Positions 30,933-39,732 of a stretch of 64,000 nucleotides of DNA are shown here, one piece after another. The notes beneath the pieces were generated by a model. The model was not told where the DNA came from and ran no database searches. It worked only from the letters and a program-made list of their open reading frames with translations. Positions within the stretch are counted from its first letter, which is position 1, and every line of letters begins with the position of its first letter. Location of the stretch: the NCBI GenBank assembly GCA_965204345.1, contig OZ241981.1:1152001-1216000 (forward strand), read 5' to 3'. The position numbers and the translations under genes are program-made. This stretch comes from Nitrosopumilus sp. (GTDB taxonomy: Archaea; Thermoproteota; Nitrososphaeria; Nitrososphaerales; Nitrosopumilaceae).

Positions 30933-31475
30933 ATGGTTTCATGTATGAAAATTGTAGTTATTTCAGGCAGTCCAAGAAAAAATGCAAATACGCAAGTAAT
31001 TATGAAATATGTCTTTGAATATGCTAAATTAAAAAACCAAGATACAAAACTGATTAATCTTTCTGAGAATCAGATTGAGTACTATAAGGGACCAGACGTA
31101 GAATATAATGAGGCTACAAATACAGCTGCAAAGGATATCATGGAGGCAGATGTGTGGTTAATTGGTTCTCCAATTTATAATTCATTTTTTAGTTCAGCAT
31201 TAAAAAATCTCTTTGAATATGTTAACTACAAAAAAACATCTGGAAAAGTAGCAGGAATTACAATTTTAGCTTCAGGAGATATCGGTTTTATTAATGTCCA
31301 GAACTTGATTACACAACTAATGTCATATTTTAGAGTAATCACGAATCCAAAGGCGGTGTTTCTAACTACAAAGTCTGTAATAGACAATCAAGTTGTTGGT
31401 GAAGATGCCAAAGACAGACTAAAAGAGATGGTTGATGAGACTTTGGCAATTGCCTCTAAACTACATCAAAACTAA
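30933..31475 (+). CDS. NADPH-dependent FMN reductase (SsuE-like)
   Basis: ISGSPRKNANT, GSPIYNS...LKNLFE flavodoxin-like motifs; likely start 30945. Confidence 0.85.
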   Translation: MVSCMKIVVISGSPRKNANTQVIMKYVFEYAKLKNQDTKLINLSENQIEYYKGPDVEYNEATNTAAKDIMEADVWLIGSPIYNSFFSSALKNLFEYVNYKKTSGKVAGITILASGDIGFINVQNLITQLMSYFRVITNPKAVFLTTKSVIDNQVVGEDAKDRLKEMVDETLAIASKLHQN

Positions 31476-31761
31476 GTTTTGGATTTTGTTTGACTCATAA
31501 ACAAAATATCATTTAGGCTTCCCTAAAAATTAGATTTGTAAATAACCAAAACAAGACGTCATATTTTTGCAGGTATTTTATGAAAATAAATATTTTACAA
31601 GAATCAAAAAAGAGAAGGGAATTTTTAAATGAACTGTATTGTACTAAAAAAATGATTGGTTTTTACAAAAAACCTGAATAGAAAAACAAGTTAAATTTAC
31701 AAGAATATAATTAAATTCAAAATTAAACACAAAAGTCAAATATTCATATCATGATATAATT

Positions 31762-31887
31762 ATGTCATTGAATTTGGAAAAAGAATCAACTGAATTATGT
31801 CTGTGTAAATGTCATTTTGGCGGGGCTATCAGCTGTCCAGGATGTAAAGATAATCACGGTCAAACATGCCGTCACTGTAAAGATTAA
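31762..31887 (+). CDS. 41-aa Cys/His-rich microprotein (MSLNLEKESTELCLCKCHFGGAISCPGCKDNHGQTCRHCKD)
   Basis: Hand-translated; 7 Cys + 3 His; stop lies 3 nt from the stop of the convergent gene; absent from ORF track. Confidence 0.65.
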   Translation: MSLNLEKESTELCLCKCHFGGAISCPGCKDNHGQTCRHCKD

Positions 31888-31890
31888 GAT

Positions 31891-32367
31891 CTATTTATTC
31901 TTGGTTTTTCTTTCAGAAGCTAACATTTTTAGATTTGCCAGTTCTGTTTTTAGTGATTCTAGCTGAACAAGAGTTTGTAAATTAGAAATTTCTTTATTTA
32001 GTCGTTCAATTTCACTGTCCTTGAGTTTGACAGATTCTTTTACACTGTTTAATTCTAGAGACAGTTCGTTTTGAATCTGTTTTATTTCTGAGAGGCTTAC
32101 CTGATTGCTATTAGTGGAAGTTTCAATGGTCTGTGTACTGCTCAAGCTTTTTTTTTCGCTGTGAGCTGGTGCGTGATTATGCATATAGTCAGTACTTTTC
32201 TGGGAGATCCAACATGTAAAGGTCATAAACCAAGTAATTGGAACTGCCATTACGAAGATAAAGTTTAGAAGTGGGGCAAAATCAATAAAATAAGGCCAGA
32301 GGCCAGTTAGTACAGCAGCAAAAACGCCGGTTACTAATGTAGCTAAGTGGTTACCAAGATATCCCAT
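31891..32367 (-). CDS. Two-TM protein with C-terminal coiled coil
   Basis: Two hydrophobic N-terminal helices, heptad-repeat tail. Confidence 0.6.
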   Translation of the reverse strand: MGYLGNHLATLVTGVFAAVLTGLWPYFIDFAPLLNFIFVMAVPITWFMTFTCWISQKSTDYMHNHAPAHSEKKSLSSTQTIETSTNSNQVSLSEIKQIQNELSLELNSVKESVKLKDSEIERLNKEISNLQTLVQLESLKTELANLKMLASERKTKNK

Positions 32368-32449
32368 AACCTTGTGAAAATTTCATTATTTATAACAGTA
32401 ATGCTGAAAATCAAAAAATAATATAATTAAAAAGAAAAAAGAGCTGAAT

Positions 32450-32680
32450 TTATTCGTCTTCAGCAGAGGTGGTAGTTGTTTTTGGCATATCAGATTGTAA
32501 GATTTGGATTTTTTGCAATAATTCGGTTCGTAGATCTCTTGCAACTCTTCTTACAGTTGGCCTTGGAACACCAAGTTCATCAACTACTTTGGTGTAAATA
32601 TCCTGCTTGTCGGTCACTCCTCTGTCAAGATAAGAATTAATCGCTTCTTTAATTATCGTGCTTTGGTTTGTACGATTCAA
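32450..32680 (-). CDS. Small helix-turn-helix DNA-binding protein
   Basis: KQDIYTKVVDELGVPRPTVRRVARDL HTH-like signature. Confidence 0.6.
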   Translation of the reverse strand: MNRTNQSTIIKEAINSYLDRGVTDKQDIYTKVVDELGVPRPTVRRVARDLRTELLQKIQILQSDMPKTTTTSAEDE

Positions 32681-32708
32681 CGAATTCTAAATTTTAATTG
32701 TTCTATAT

Positions 32709-32904
32709 AAGACTATAACTTTTAAAATTCTAAAATTTCCCCATCTAACAAATTTAAATTAGATAGTTTTTTTGAAATAAAAAATTTCCAAAAGACTATA
32801 ACAATAAATTTACTAACGAAAAACGTACTGATAGTTATAGATTTTTCAATATTGTTAAAGTATCTACAGGTATTTTTCAAACGGTTTTCGCAAAAGACTA
32901 TTAA
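32709..32904. promoter_or_regulatory. Repeated AAGACTATAAC motif in a divergent promoter region
   Basis: Exact copies at 32709 and 32792, a 9/11 inverted copy at 32834-32844, a partial copy at 32894. Confidence 0.5.
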
Positions 32905-32927
32905 GATGTATTTCCAGATTTATTCTA

Positions 32928-33404
32928 ATGACAACAGTTAGTATTGAAACTAATTTAGGAAATATTTCATTCAAATTGTTACCTGAATTAGCCCCAGAAA
33001 CTGTTAGAAATTTTCAAAAATTAGCCCAAGATGGATTTTATGATGGCACTCTTTTCCACAGAGTCATTCCTGGATTTATGATTCAAGGCGGCGATCCTAA
33101 TACAAAAACAGATAACAAGGGTTCATGGGGAATGGGAGGCCCAGGATACAATATAAAAGCTGAATTTAGTTCCAGATCTCATTTGCGAGGCATAGTTTCC
33201 ATGGCTAGATCACAGGATCCAGATAGTGCAGGCTCACAGTTCTTTATTGTTACAGCAGATAGTACATTTTTGGATAGACAATATACGGTATTTGGCGAAG
33301 TAACAGAGGGAATGGATGTTGCTGATAAAATTGTAAATCTTAAAAGAGATGGAAATGATTGTCCATTAGAAAAAGCTCAAATGCTTCACGTAGTAGTGGA
33401 ATAA
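32928..33404 (+). CDS. Cyclophilin-type peptidyl-prolyl isomerase
   Basis: APETVRNF, FHRVIPGFMIQGGD, SMAR, AGSQFFI, YTVFGEV. Confidence 0.95.
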   Translation: MTTVSIETNLGNISFKLLPELAPETVRNFQKLAQDGFYDGTLFHRVIPGFMIQGGDPNTKTDNKGSWGMGGPGYNIKAEFSSRSHLRGIVSMARSQDPDSAGSQFFIVTADSTFLDRQYTVFGEVTEGMDVADKIVNLKRDGNDCPLEKAQMLHVVVE

Positions 33405-34334
33405 ATGAAGATAATTATTGTATTTACCATCATCTCACTAATTCTAGTTATTCCTCCTGTAAACGCTCAAGGAATTGATATAGGTGAAAAGGCAAAACAA
33501 AAGTTAGTGGAAATGACAATTAGTAAAAATGGAGATATCCATGTCAAACATGTTGTAGGATCTTCTAAAATTCCAATACAAGTGGATTTGATTGATGGCA
33601 CTATTCAAAATTTAACGATAACAGATGAGGATGGCAAAAAGCAATTACCAACAATGGTTGGAGATGGCGATGCAGTATTAATTTTACCATCAAGTAGCGA
33701 TTCTACTGTTGAATATCAGTTAGAAGATACATTATTGTTAAAAGATAATATTTGGACCTTGGATTTTTTATATTTGGAAACAACTGACTTTATTATGCCT
33801 GAAGAAGTTGATTTAGTTTTTGTAAATGATAGCCCGTTATACTTGGATGATAAAAAAGGATTTTCTTGTCATGGCTGTCAGGTAATTTTAGAATACTCAT
33901 TTGACGAACCAAGGATAATAAAAGAAGTTAATTGGGAAGATAAAAAATTTCTAGTAGAAATTAGAACATTTGCAGATATAGAAAAATTTGGTTTTAGCCA
34001 ATCTGCAAAGGAAATCAGCATTGAGATAAATGGAAACAATCAATTTGTTACAACAATAGTACCTTTAGAATTATTGTGGGGTCCATATGCAGTATTTCTT
34101 GACGATAAAAAAATTGGTTTTCAAGATTACAAAAATAATGGCACTCATGTTTGGATTAATATGAGACCAGATGTGTCAGGTGAAATTACGGTTATAGGAA
34201 CTACAGTTGTACCTGAATTTCCGATTGTTGCTCCTTTGATTATCGGGTTTTTGATAATTCTTATCATTCCATTAATAAAAAGGATTAATCCCCACCAGAT
34301 CCACATGAGCAAAAACCATATTCATCAATTCTAA
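33405..34334 (+). CDS. PEFG-CTERM-type surface protein
   Basis: Signal peptide; C-terminal ITVIGTTVVPEFP + TM + KR sorting signal. Confidence 0.75.
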   Translation: MKIIIVFTIISLILVIPPVNAQGIDIGEKAKQKLVEMTISKNGDIHVKHVVGSSKIPIQVDLIDGTIQNLTITDEDGKKQLPTMVGDGDAVLILPSSSDSTVEYQLEDTLLLKDNIWTLDFLYLETTDFIMPEEVDLVFVNDSPLYLDDKKGFSCHGCQVILEYSFDEPRIIKEVNWEDKKFLVEIRTFADIEKFGFSQSAKEISIEINGNNQFVTTIVPLELLWGPYAVFLDDKKIGFQDYKNNGTHVWINMRPDVSGEITVIGTTVVPEFPIVAPLIIGFLIILIIPLIKRINPHQIHMSKNHIHQF

Positions 34335-34440
34335 CATTACAAATTGCACATTTTTCACCATAGTCTACTTCCCATGGCTCTTTTCCAAAAAGCTTGAAAT
34401 GATCATCAATTTCTATGGGTATTTCTCTTTTCTTTTCCAA
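34285..34440 (-). CDS. 51-aa zinc-ribbon-like microprotein (MEKKREIPIEIDDHFKLFGKEPWEVDYGEKCAICNVRIDEYGFCSCGSGGD)
   Basis: Hand-translated from TTG at 34440; CxxC...CxC motif; absent from ORF track. Confidence 0.65.
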   Translation of the reverse strand: MEKKREIPIEIDDHFKLFGKEPWEVDYGEKCAICNVRIDEYGFCSCGSGGD

Positions 34441-34489
34441 TCATTTGTATATACACTGCAACTATACATATCATTATCGGAATAATATC

Positions 34490-34681
34490 ATGAAAATTGA
34501 ATGCGGTTGTCACTGTATAAAATGCAAAAGTATGGATCTAGAATCAAATAGAATCGGGGAAATTGAAAAAGATGGATACTTTGAGATGCATCATACATGC
34601 AAGCAGTGCAATACACATTTTGATCACTTAGATGGAGAGATTTTTTCTAAATGTGGTACGTGTAATTATTATCCTAGTTAG
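34490..34681 (+). CDS. 63-aa Cys/His-rich zinc-binding protein
   Basis: CGCHCIKC...HHTCKQC...CGTC; ATG at 34490 preferred over 34415, which would overlap the divergent microprotein. Confidence 0.65.
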   Translation: MKIECGCHCIKCKSMDLESNRIGEIEKDGYFEMHHTCKQCNTHFDHLDGEIFSKCGTCNYYPS

Positions 34682-35162
34682 TCACTAGAGATTCTTGAGT
34701 AAAATAGTGCGTTCTGTTTTCTTCAGAATTCTTCAAAATTTGTTTGTTAAAAACCATTTTTGCCAATACCTTTGAGACATCCAATGGACTAGCAGCCCAG
34801 CCGTATTCTCTAAGCTGCTGTACAGTCTCAGTGACTGTTCTTGGGGAATCAAAAAATCTGCCTGTTTCCAGAATTCCTAGTTTTGATTTAATTTCATGGG
34901 ATGTGATAGATTTTGGTTCATTAAATTCAGATTCAAATGCTTCAGCATCATCTAAAGTTTCTAAACCAAATTGATTTGAATGTTCAGTCTCAGATGATTG
35001 CTGGGAATCATATTCATGCACAACTTTAGCTTGATTTTCAGGCAAACAACGTAAAATATTATCAATTATCTCCCCTAACGTCTGATTATCAACGTAAAAA
35101 TCTCTAGAATCTACCTCAATCTCATTTTCTCCTATCTTGAGTTTAATTCTAGCCAATGACAA
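34674..35162 (-). CDS. Hypothetical protein with C-terminal winged-helix-like domain
   Basis: IKLKIGENEIEV N-terminus; FFDSPRTVTETVQQLREYG...VSKVLAKM. Confidence 0.55.
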   Translation of the reverse strand: MSLARIKLKIGENEIEVDSRDFYVDNQTLGEIIDNILRCLPENQAKVVHEYDSQQSSETEHSNQFGLETLDDAEAFESEFNEPKSITSHEIKSKLGILETGRFFDSPRTVTETVQQLREYGWAASPLDVSKVLAKMVFNKQILKNSEENRTHYFTQESLVTN

Positions 35163-35287
35163 ATAATGGGTTAATTTTGATTTATTCTGTTAGCTCTAAT
35201 GAGGTTTAAGATTAGATCAAAACTTTTACACAATTTATTGGAAATTTTTTCCTTTTTAGTTGAAATATAATTTTGTGATTACTAGTC

Positions 35288-35740
35288 ATGGATACATCAA
35301 AGAAGGGAAGTATTATCGTTCTAGTTTTGGTATGTATAGGCATTTTTGGCTACTCACAATATGCCTCAGCCTCTGAAATAGAAGTAAACATTACTCAAAG
35401 TGAATTATTTGATAAGAATGAGAACGGGCTTAACTATAATGTAGAATTACAATTTGAAAACCCCTCATTATTATTATTAAATGCAGGTGAGACAGAATTC
35501 TTTGTTATTTCTAATGACATAATGGTTGGAAAAGGAGAGTTAGAGCCATTCATGTTACAGCCATTAGATAGCAGTTATGTCAAAGGAACATTTTACACAG
35601 ATTCTAGCATCAATCAAGAGGTTGGATCAGTAAAAATTACAGGTGTAATGAAATATGATGCGTTTGTCACATCTATTGATATTCCGTTTGTATACTATCC
35701 AACAGAAGAACAGGCGAGAGAATTTATACATCAAAATTAA
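35288..35740 (+). CDS. Membrane-anchored LEA_2-like protein
   Basis: TM anchor, LQFENPS, VGKGEL.PF.L.P. Confidence 0.5.
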   Translation: MDTSKKGSIIVLVLVCIGIFGYSQYASASEIEVNITQSELFDKNENGLNYNVELQFENPSLLLLNAGETEFFVISNDIMVGKGELEPFMLQPLDSSYVKGTFYTDSSINQEVGSVKITGVMKYDAFVTSIDIPFVYYPTEEQAREFIHQN

Positions 35741-35751
35741 TTTTTAATTAA

Positions 35752-36645
35752 ATGTTAACTGTTTTTGGATCTACAGCATTAGACACTATTAGAACTCCAA
35801 AAAAAACTCTAAAAAACGTATTGGGAGGAGCAGCTACATTTGCAGCAATTTCTGCAAGTAATTTTGTGGATACAAGGTTAATTGCAGTGGTCGGAACGGA
35901 TTTTCCAAAACAGCATCATAAAATTTTATCAAAATATGTCGATTTACAGGGATTGACTATCAAAGACGGTAAGACATTTCGTTATGATGGAAAATATGAC
36001 AATACCTTGAGTACAAGATCAACATTAAAAACTGAATTAAATGTGCTTGGTGACTTCAAGGCCAGAGTTCCTGAAGCCTATAAAAAATCTCAATTTGTAT
36101 ATCTTGCAAATAATGATCCAGAACAAAATACGTCATTGATCAAGGAATTTGACAAAGTCAAGTTTTCTATGTGTGATACGATAGATTTTTGGATTTCTAC
36201 AAAACGCGAGGCGGTAATTAAGATGATCAAGGCAGTTGATGCAGTCGTAATTAATGACGAAGAGGCTAAACTTCTAACTAAGGAATTCAATCTGATAAAA
36301 TGTGCAAAGAAGATGATGCGATGGGGTGCAAAATACGTCATAATCAAAAAAGGTGAGCATGGTTCTTTGATGTTTTATGATGATGTTATTTTTCCTACAG
36401 CGGGATTTTCATTAGAAGACGTTGTTGATCCTACCGGGGCAGGAGATTCTTTTGCAGGAGCAATGATAGGATATCTGGCAAGTAAAAAATCCACTAAGAT
36501 TTCAGATATTAAAAAGGCAGTTGTTTATGGAAATGTCTTAGGATCATTTGCAGTTGAGCGGTATGGATTAGATGGTTTGCTAAAAATAAAAAATGGCGAC
36601 ATTGCAAAACGCGTAAAGACATATGAAAAAATGATTCGCTTCTAA
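35752..36645 (+). CDS. PfkB-family carbohydrate/nucleoside kinase
   Basis: LGGAATFAA, NDEEA, KKGEHG, DPTGAGDSFAG. Confidence 0.88.
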   Translation: MLTVFGSTALDTIRTPKKTLKNVLGGAATFAAISASNFVDTRLIAVVGTDFPKQHHKILSKYVDLQGLTIKDGKTFRYDGKYDNTLSTRSTLKTELNVLGDFKARVPEAYKKSQFVYLANNDPEQNTSLIKEFDKVKFSMCDTIDFWISTKREAVIKMIKAVDAVVINDEEAKLLTKEFNLIKCAKKMMRWGAKYVIIKKGEHGSLMFYDDVIFPTAGFSLEDVVDPTGAGDSFAGAMIGYLASKKSTKISDIKKAVVYGNVLGSFAVERYGLDGLLKIKNGDIAKRVKTYEKMIRF

Positions 36646-36688
36646 AAAAAAAGACTTAAGTTCAATAATTTCCCAAATTAATTTATCA

Positions 36689-37039
36689 TTGGCACAAGAA
36701 ACATCTCAAAAAGATCGGCTAGACACCATATTCAAACTTCAACAAGGCCTATCAGACATGATGAAATTGGATAGGTATCCAAAAGATGTCGAGGGAAGAG
36801 TCTCTGTATTATGTACAGCAATTATGCACGAGGCAGTTGAGCTACAAAGAACAACTAAATGGAAATGGTGGAAGACCCCAGTTGAATTTAACGAATCTGA
36901 AGCAAGAGAAGAGTTGATTGATATTTGGCATTTCGTTGTACAGGCATCTTTGGAACTAAAACTTACACCTGATGATATTTTAGATGAGTACAAAAAAAAG
37001 AATAAGATAAATCGTGAAAGACAGCTAACTGGATATTAA
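36689..37039 (+). CDS. All-alpha (dimeric/MazG-like) dUTPase
   Basis: HEAVEL...WKWWK...EELIDIWHF...YKKKNKINRERQ. Confidence 0.82.
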   Translation: MAQETSQKDRLDTIFKLQQGLSDMMKLDRYPKDVEGRVSVLCTAIMHEAVELQRTTKWKWWKTPVEFNESEAREELIDIWHFVVQASLELKLTPDDILDEYKKKNKINRERQLTGY

Positions 37040-37044
37040 AAAAT

Positions 37045-37512
37045 CTAAATTTGTTCTGCAATTAACTTAAAATCAGTTTGATTAATTAGATTTACTAGCC
37101 TTACATTATCCTGGAAATATTTTATTTCTGATACTGATACTGTAAGATGGGGATCAGGACTGGTGGAATTAATTATTTTATTGTTTTTATCAGTCCCATT
37201 TTTATGTAATTCAAATAAAGAATGGCCGGATTTGTGACCCCAAACCTCTTTTCCACAAACAACAATGGAGTCAACTTGGGGATTTTCATTTACATATCTG
37301 ACAATAGAATCAATTCCCTTATTTTCAGATAAAAGACGTCCTACAATAGATATTTCATTTAGAAATTCAGAATTTGCAAATTTTTTCAGTAAATCTATGC
37401 TTGAAAGAGTGCAAACTGCTACGGGGGATTCTGAATTACCAAGGTAAAAATTTTCATTGATGGGCAAAATGACCCTGCATAATTCACCAATAGCCTCGCC
37501 TATTGCATTCAT
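37045..37512 (-). CDS. Stand-alone soluble MtrA-like corrinoid-binding protein
   Basis: VAVCTLSS, ENKGID, N(P)...IVVCGKEVWGHKSG motifs of the MtrA family; no C-terminal TM. Confidence 0.78.
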   Translation of the reverse strand: MNAIGEAIGELCRVILPINENFYLGNSESPVAVCTLSSIDLLKKFANSEFLNEISIVGRLLSENKGIDSIVRYVNENPQVDSIVVCGKEVWGHKSGHSLFELHKNGTDKNNKIINSTSPDPHLTVSVSEIKYFQDNVRLVNLINQTDFKLIAEQI

Positions 37513-38594
37513 AATATCTCATGCATTGTTTTGGCAATAAACTCAATATTTTTTTGAGTTACACCCGGATGAATTGGTAAAGAGAGTACGCGGGCAGATG
37601 CCCAATCAGTAACAGAAAGTTTTGTTTTTAATTTGTAAAACGGGGTTTTATGAACCGGTATTGGATAGTATGATACAGCGCCTATTCCTTTCTCATTTAA
37701 TTTTTTTAATAATTTATTACGTTTATCTGACGAAATCGTATAAAGATACCAATTTACATTTTCATTTTTTCTTTCAACAGGTAATTCCACCTTAAGATCT
37801 GAAATTAATTGCGACAAAAGTTTGGCATTACTCCTTCTAGATTTTAAAAATTTGGGAAGTTTTTTCATCTGTACAGTTGCAATTGCTGCACTAATTTCCG
37901 GCAATCTCAGATTCAGACCAAATATTCTAGTATCATATCCATGTACCATGCCATGATTTCTAATCATCAATAATTTATCGCGGAGGTTTTTGTCATCAGT
38001 TACAACAAAACCTCCCTCACCGGCAGTCATGACTTTAGCAGGATACATACTATAACATCCCATCTCAAAAAAAGTTCCGGTATGTTTTCCCTTGTAAGTT
38101 GAACCCAAGGATTGTGCAGAATCTTCAATGATAGGAATATTATATTTTTTAGAAATTTCAGATAATCTTTCAATAATTGCGACATTGCCATAAAGATGAA
38201 CCGGAATTATTGCACGGGTTTTTTTAGTAATTTTTTTTTCTAGATCACTAGGATCAATGGTAAAATTTTCTTTTAAAATATCAACAAAAACCGGTCTTGC
38301 TCCAGTAGAAACAACTGCATTTGCAGTTGCTATAAACGTAAAAGAAGGAACTAGGACTTCATCTCCCTTTTTGATATCCAGTGCATATAGGGCTGCCTGT
38401 AAAGCTGCAGTACCAGAATTTACGGCAACAGCATATTTTGAGTTTACAAAAGATGCGGCAGATTTTTCAAAATTTTGGACATATTTTCCTCCCAAATTGG
38501 CAGCAGATGTTAGTACGCCATTTTTTAGAATAGATGTGACTGCAAATATCTCTTCCTTGCCTACAAGAGGAATGTTAATTGCAACTTTCAACAT
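37509..38594 (-). CDS. DegT/DnrJ/EryC1/StrS aminotransferase
   Basis: NSGTAAL, FTFIATA, PVHLYG, EDSAQ, SMYPAK, GEGG, LSLPIHP. Confidence 0.9.
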   Translation of the reverse strand: MLKVAINIPLVGKEEIFAVTSILKNGVLTSAANLGGKYVQNFEKSAASFVNSKYAVAVNSGTAALQAALYALDIKKGDEVLVPSFTFIATANAVVSTGARPVFVDILKENFTIDPSDLEKKITKKTRAIIPVHLYGNVAIIERLSEISKKYNIPIIEDSAQSLGSTYKGKHTGTFFEMGCYSMYPAKVMTAGEGGFVVTDDKNLRDKLLMIRNHGMVHGYDTRIFGLNLRLPEISAAIATVQMKKLPKFLKSRRSNAKLLSQLISDLKVELPVERKNENVNWYLYTISSDKRNKLLKKLNEKGIGAVSYYPIPVHKTPFYKLKTKLSVTDWASARVLSLPIHPGVTQKNIEFIAKTMHEIL

Positions 38595-38658
38595 TATTCC
38601 TGTTTATAACTAGTCTATAAATCTCAGCAAAGAAACATGAATTTTTATATTTCAAGAT

Positions 38659-39240
38659 TTGGCAAACGGCATCATGAAACCGCATCACTTAGAAAAATCA
38701 GATCCAAGCTACAGAGTCTATCTATACATTTTCTACATCTGCGGTTTCATAATGGCAGCATCGCTAGTTTTTGGCGTATATGTTACCATGACAGAGTGGT
38801 TAAAAAATGGAACTTATATCATGGGTGAGGCAATTCACAATACAACTATTCCATTTGAAAATTTTGCTAGGGTGTCAACTTGGATATTTTTTTCCACAAT
38901 AATTGGTTGGTATTGTGTTGCAAGAATAGGATGGAGAAGAACAGCTGGTGATAAGATAATTGGTACAAGAATGGCATTACTTCAACTAATGTTGTTAGGA
39001 TTTTCAATAATTTGTCTCTACGAAGTATTATACAATTTTACAGTGTTAAATGCACAAATGACAGCAGGAATAATAGATGGGATGGTTCCAGATATAGATA
39101 AATTATCGGTGGCTTATCCAGATCCGGATAGACCGTGGAATTTGGTTTTTGCAACCAAGGTATTTCTTGCAGCTTTTATCATTAGTACTCATGCATTCTA
39201 TCTCAGTGTAAAACCAAGAAAAAGGCTAGATGAACAATAA
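38659..39240 (+). CDS. Four-TM membrane protein
   Basis: Hydrophobic helices; YEVLYNF and PWNLVFATK motifs. Confidence 0.6.
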   Translation: MANGIMKPHHLEKSDPSYRVYLYIFYICGFIMAASLVFGVYVTMTEWLKNGTYIMGEAIHNTTIPFENFARVSTWIFFSTIIGWYCVARIGWRRTAGDKIIGTRMALLQLMLLGFSIICLYEVLYNFTVLNAQMTAGIIDGMVPDIDKLSVAYPDPDRPWNLVFATKVFLAAFIISTHAFYLSVKPRKRLDEQ

Positions 39241-39280
39241 ATTTTAAAAACTATTTCTACTTTGCTTGATTTATAGCAAT

Positions 39281-39469
39281 ATGGGATTATTTGGGTCTAA
39301 CAAAAATGAATTAAAATGCAAAAAATGTGGGACCATTCTGCCTGATTCTGACAGATTAAAAAAACACCAACAAAAAGCTCATAACAAGAAAAAGGAAAAA
39401 TGCAGAGCCTGTGGCGCTGAATTTGATTATTCTGAAGAACTAAGAAAGCATAAAAAGAATTGCAAGTAA
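39281..39469 (+). CDS. Tandem C2H2-type zinc-finger protein
   Basis: CKKC-x12-H-x4-H and CRAC-x12-H-x3-C; ATG at 39281. Confidence 0.78.
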   Translation: MGLFGSNKNELKCKKCGTILPDSDRLKKHQQKAHNKKKEKCRACGAEFDYSEELRKHKKNCK

Positions 39470-39470
39470 A

Positions 39471-39680
39471 TTATTTGGATAGTCCAGATTCGTATTTTGG
39501 CTGTCTTCTCAAAGCTTTTTCAATCGAGTCCAAATTTGCAATTTCATTTTTAGAATTCATTGAGAGCACTTTTATCATTTCTGGGCCTAATTGTACTGAT
39601 TGTTCAGGTAATGTTTCTAGGAATTTTTCAAGAGCCTTCTTGTAATTAGCAATTAACTCTAATCCTTCTTCAAGGGCCAT
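39471..39680 (-). CDS. Small conserved hypothetical protein
   Basis: 69-aa helical ORF filling the gap. Confidence 0.55.
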   Translation of the reverse strand: MALEEGLELIANYKKALEKFLETLPEQSVQLGPEMIKVLSMNSKNEIANLDSIEKALRRQPKYESGLSK

Positions 39681-39732
39681 AAATAATCTATAGATATCCA
39701 GTATTCAAATCTTCTAATCTCAAAAGAAAATT

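Noticed and set aside
31476-31761. Long AT-rich intergenic region as possible ncRNA or replication origin
   Set aside because: No stable structure, ORB-like boxes or adjacent cdc6 recognised.
37045-37512. mtrA as evidence of methanogenesis
   Set aside because: No other mtr/mcr genes in the window, no membrane anchor, and the surrounding content is thaumarchaeal.
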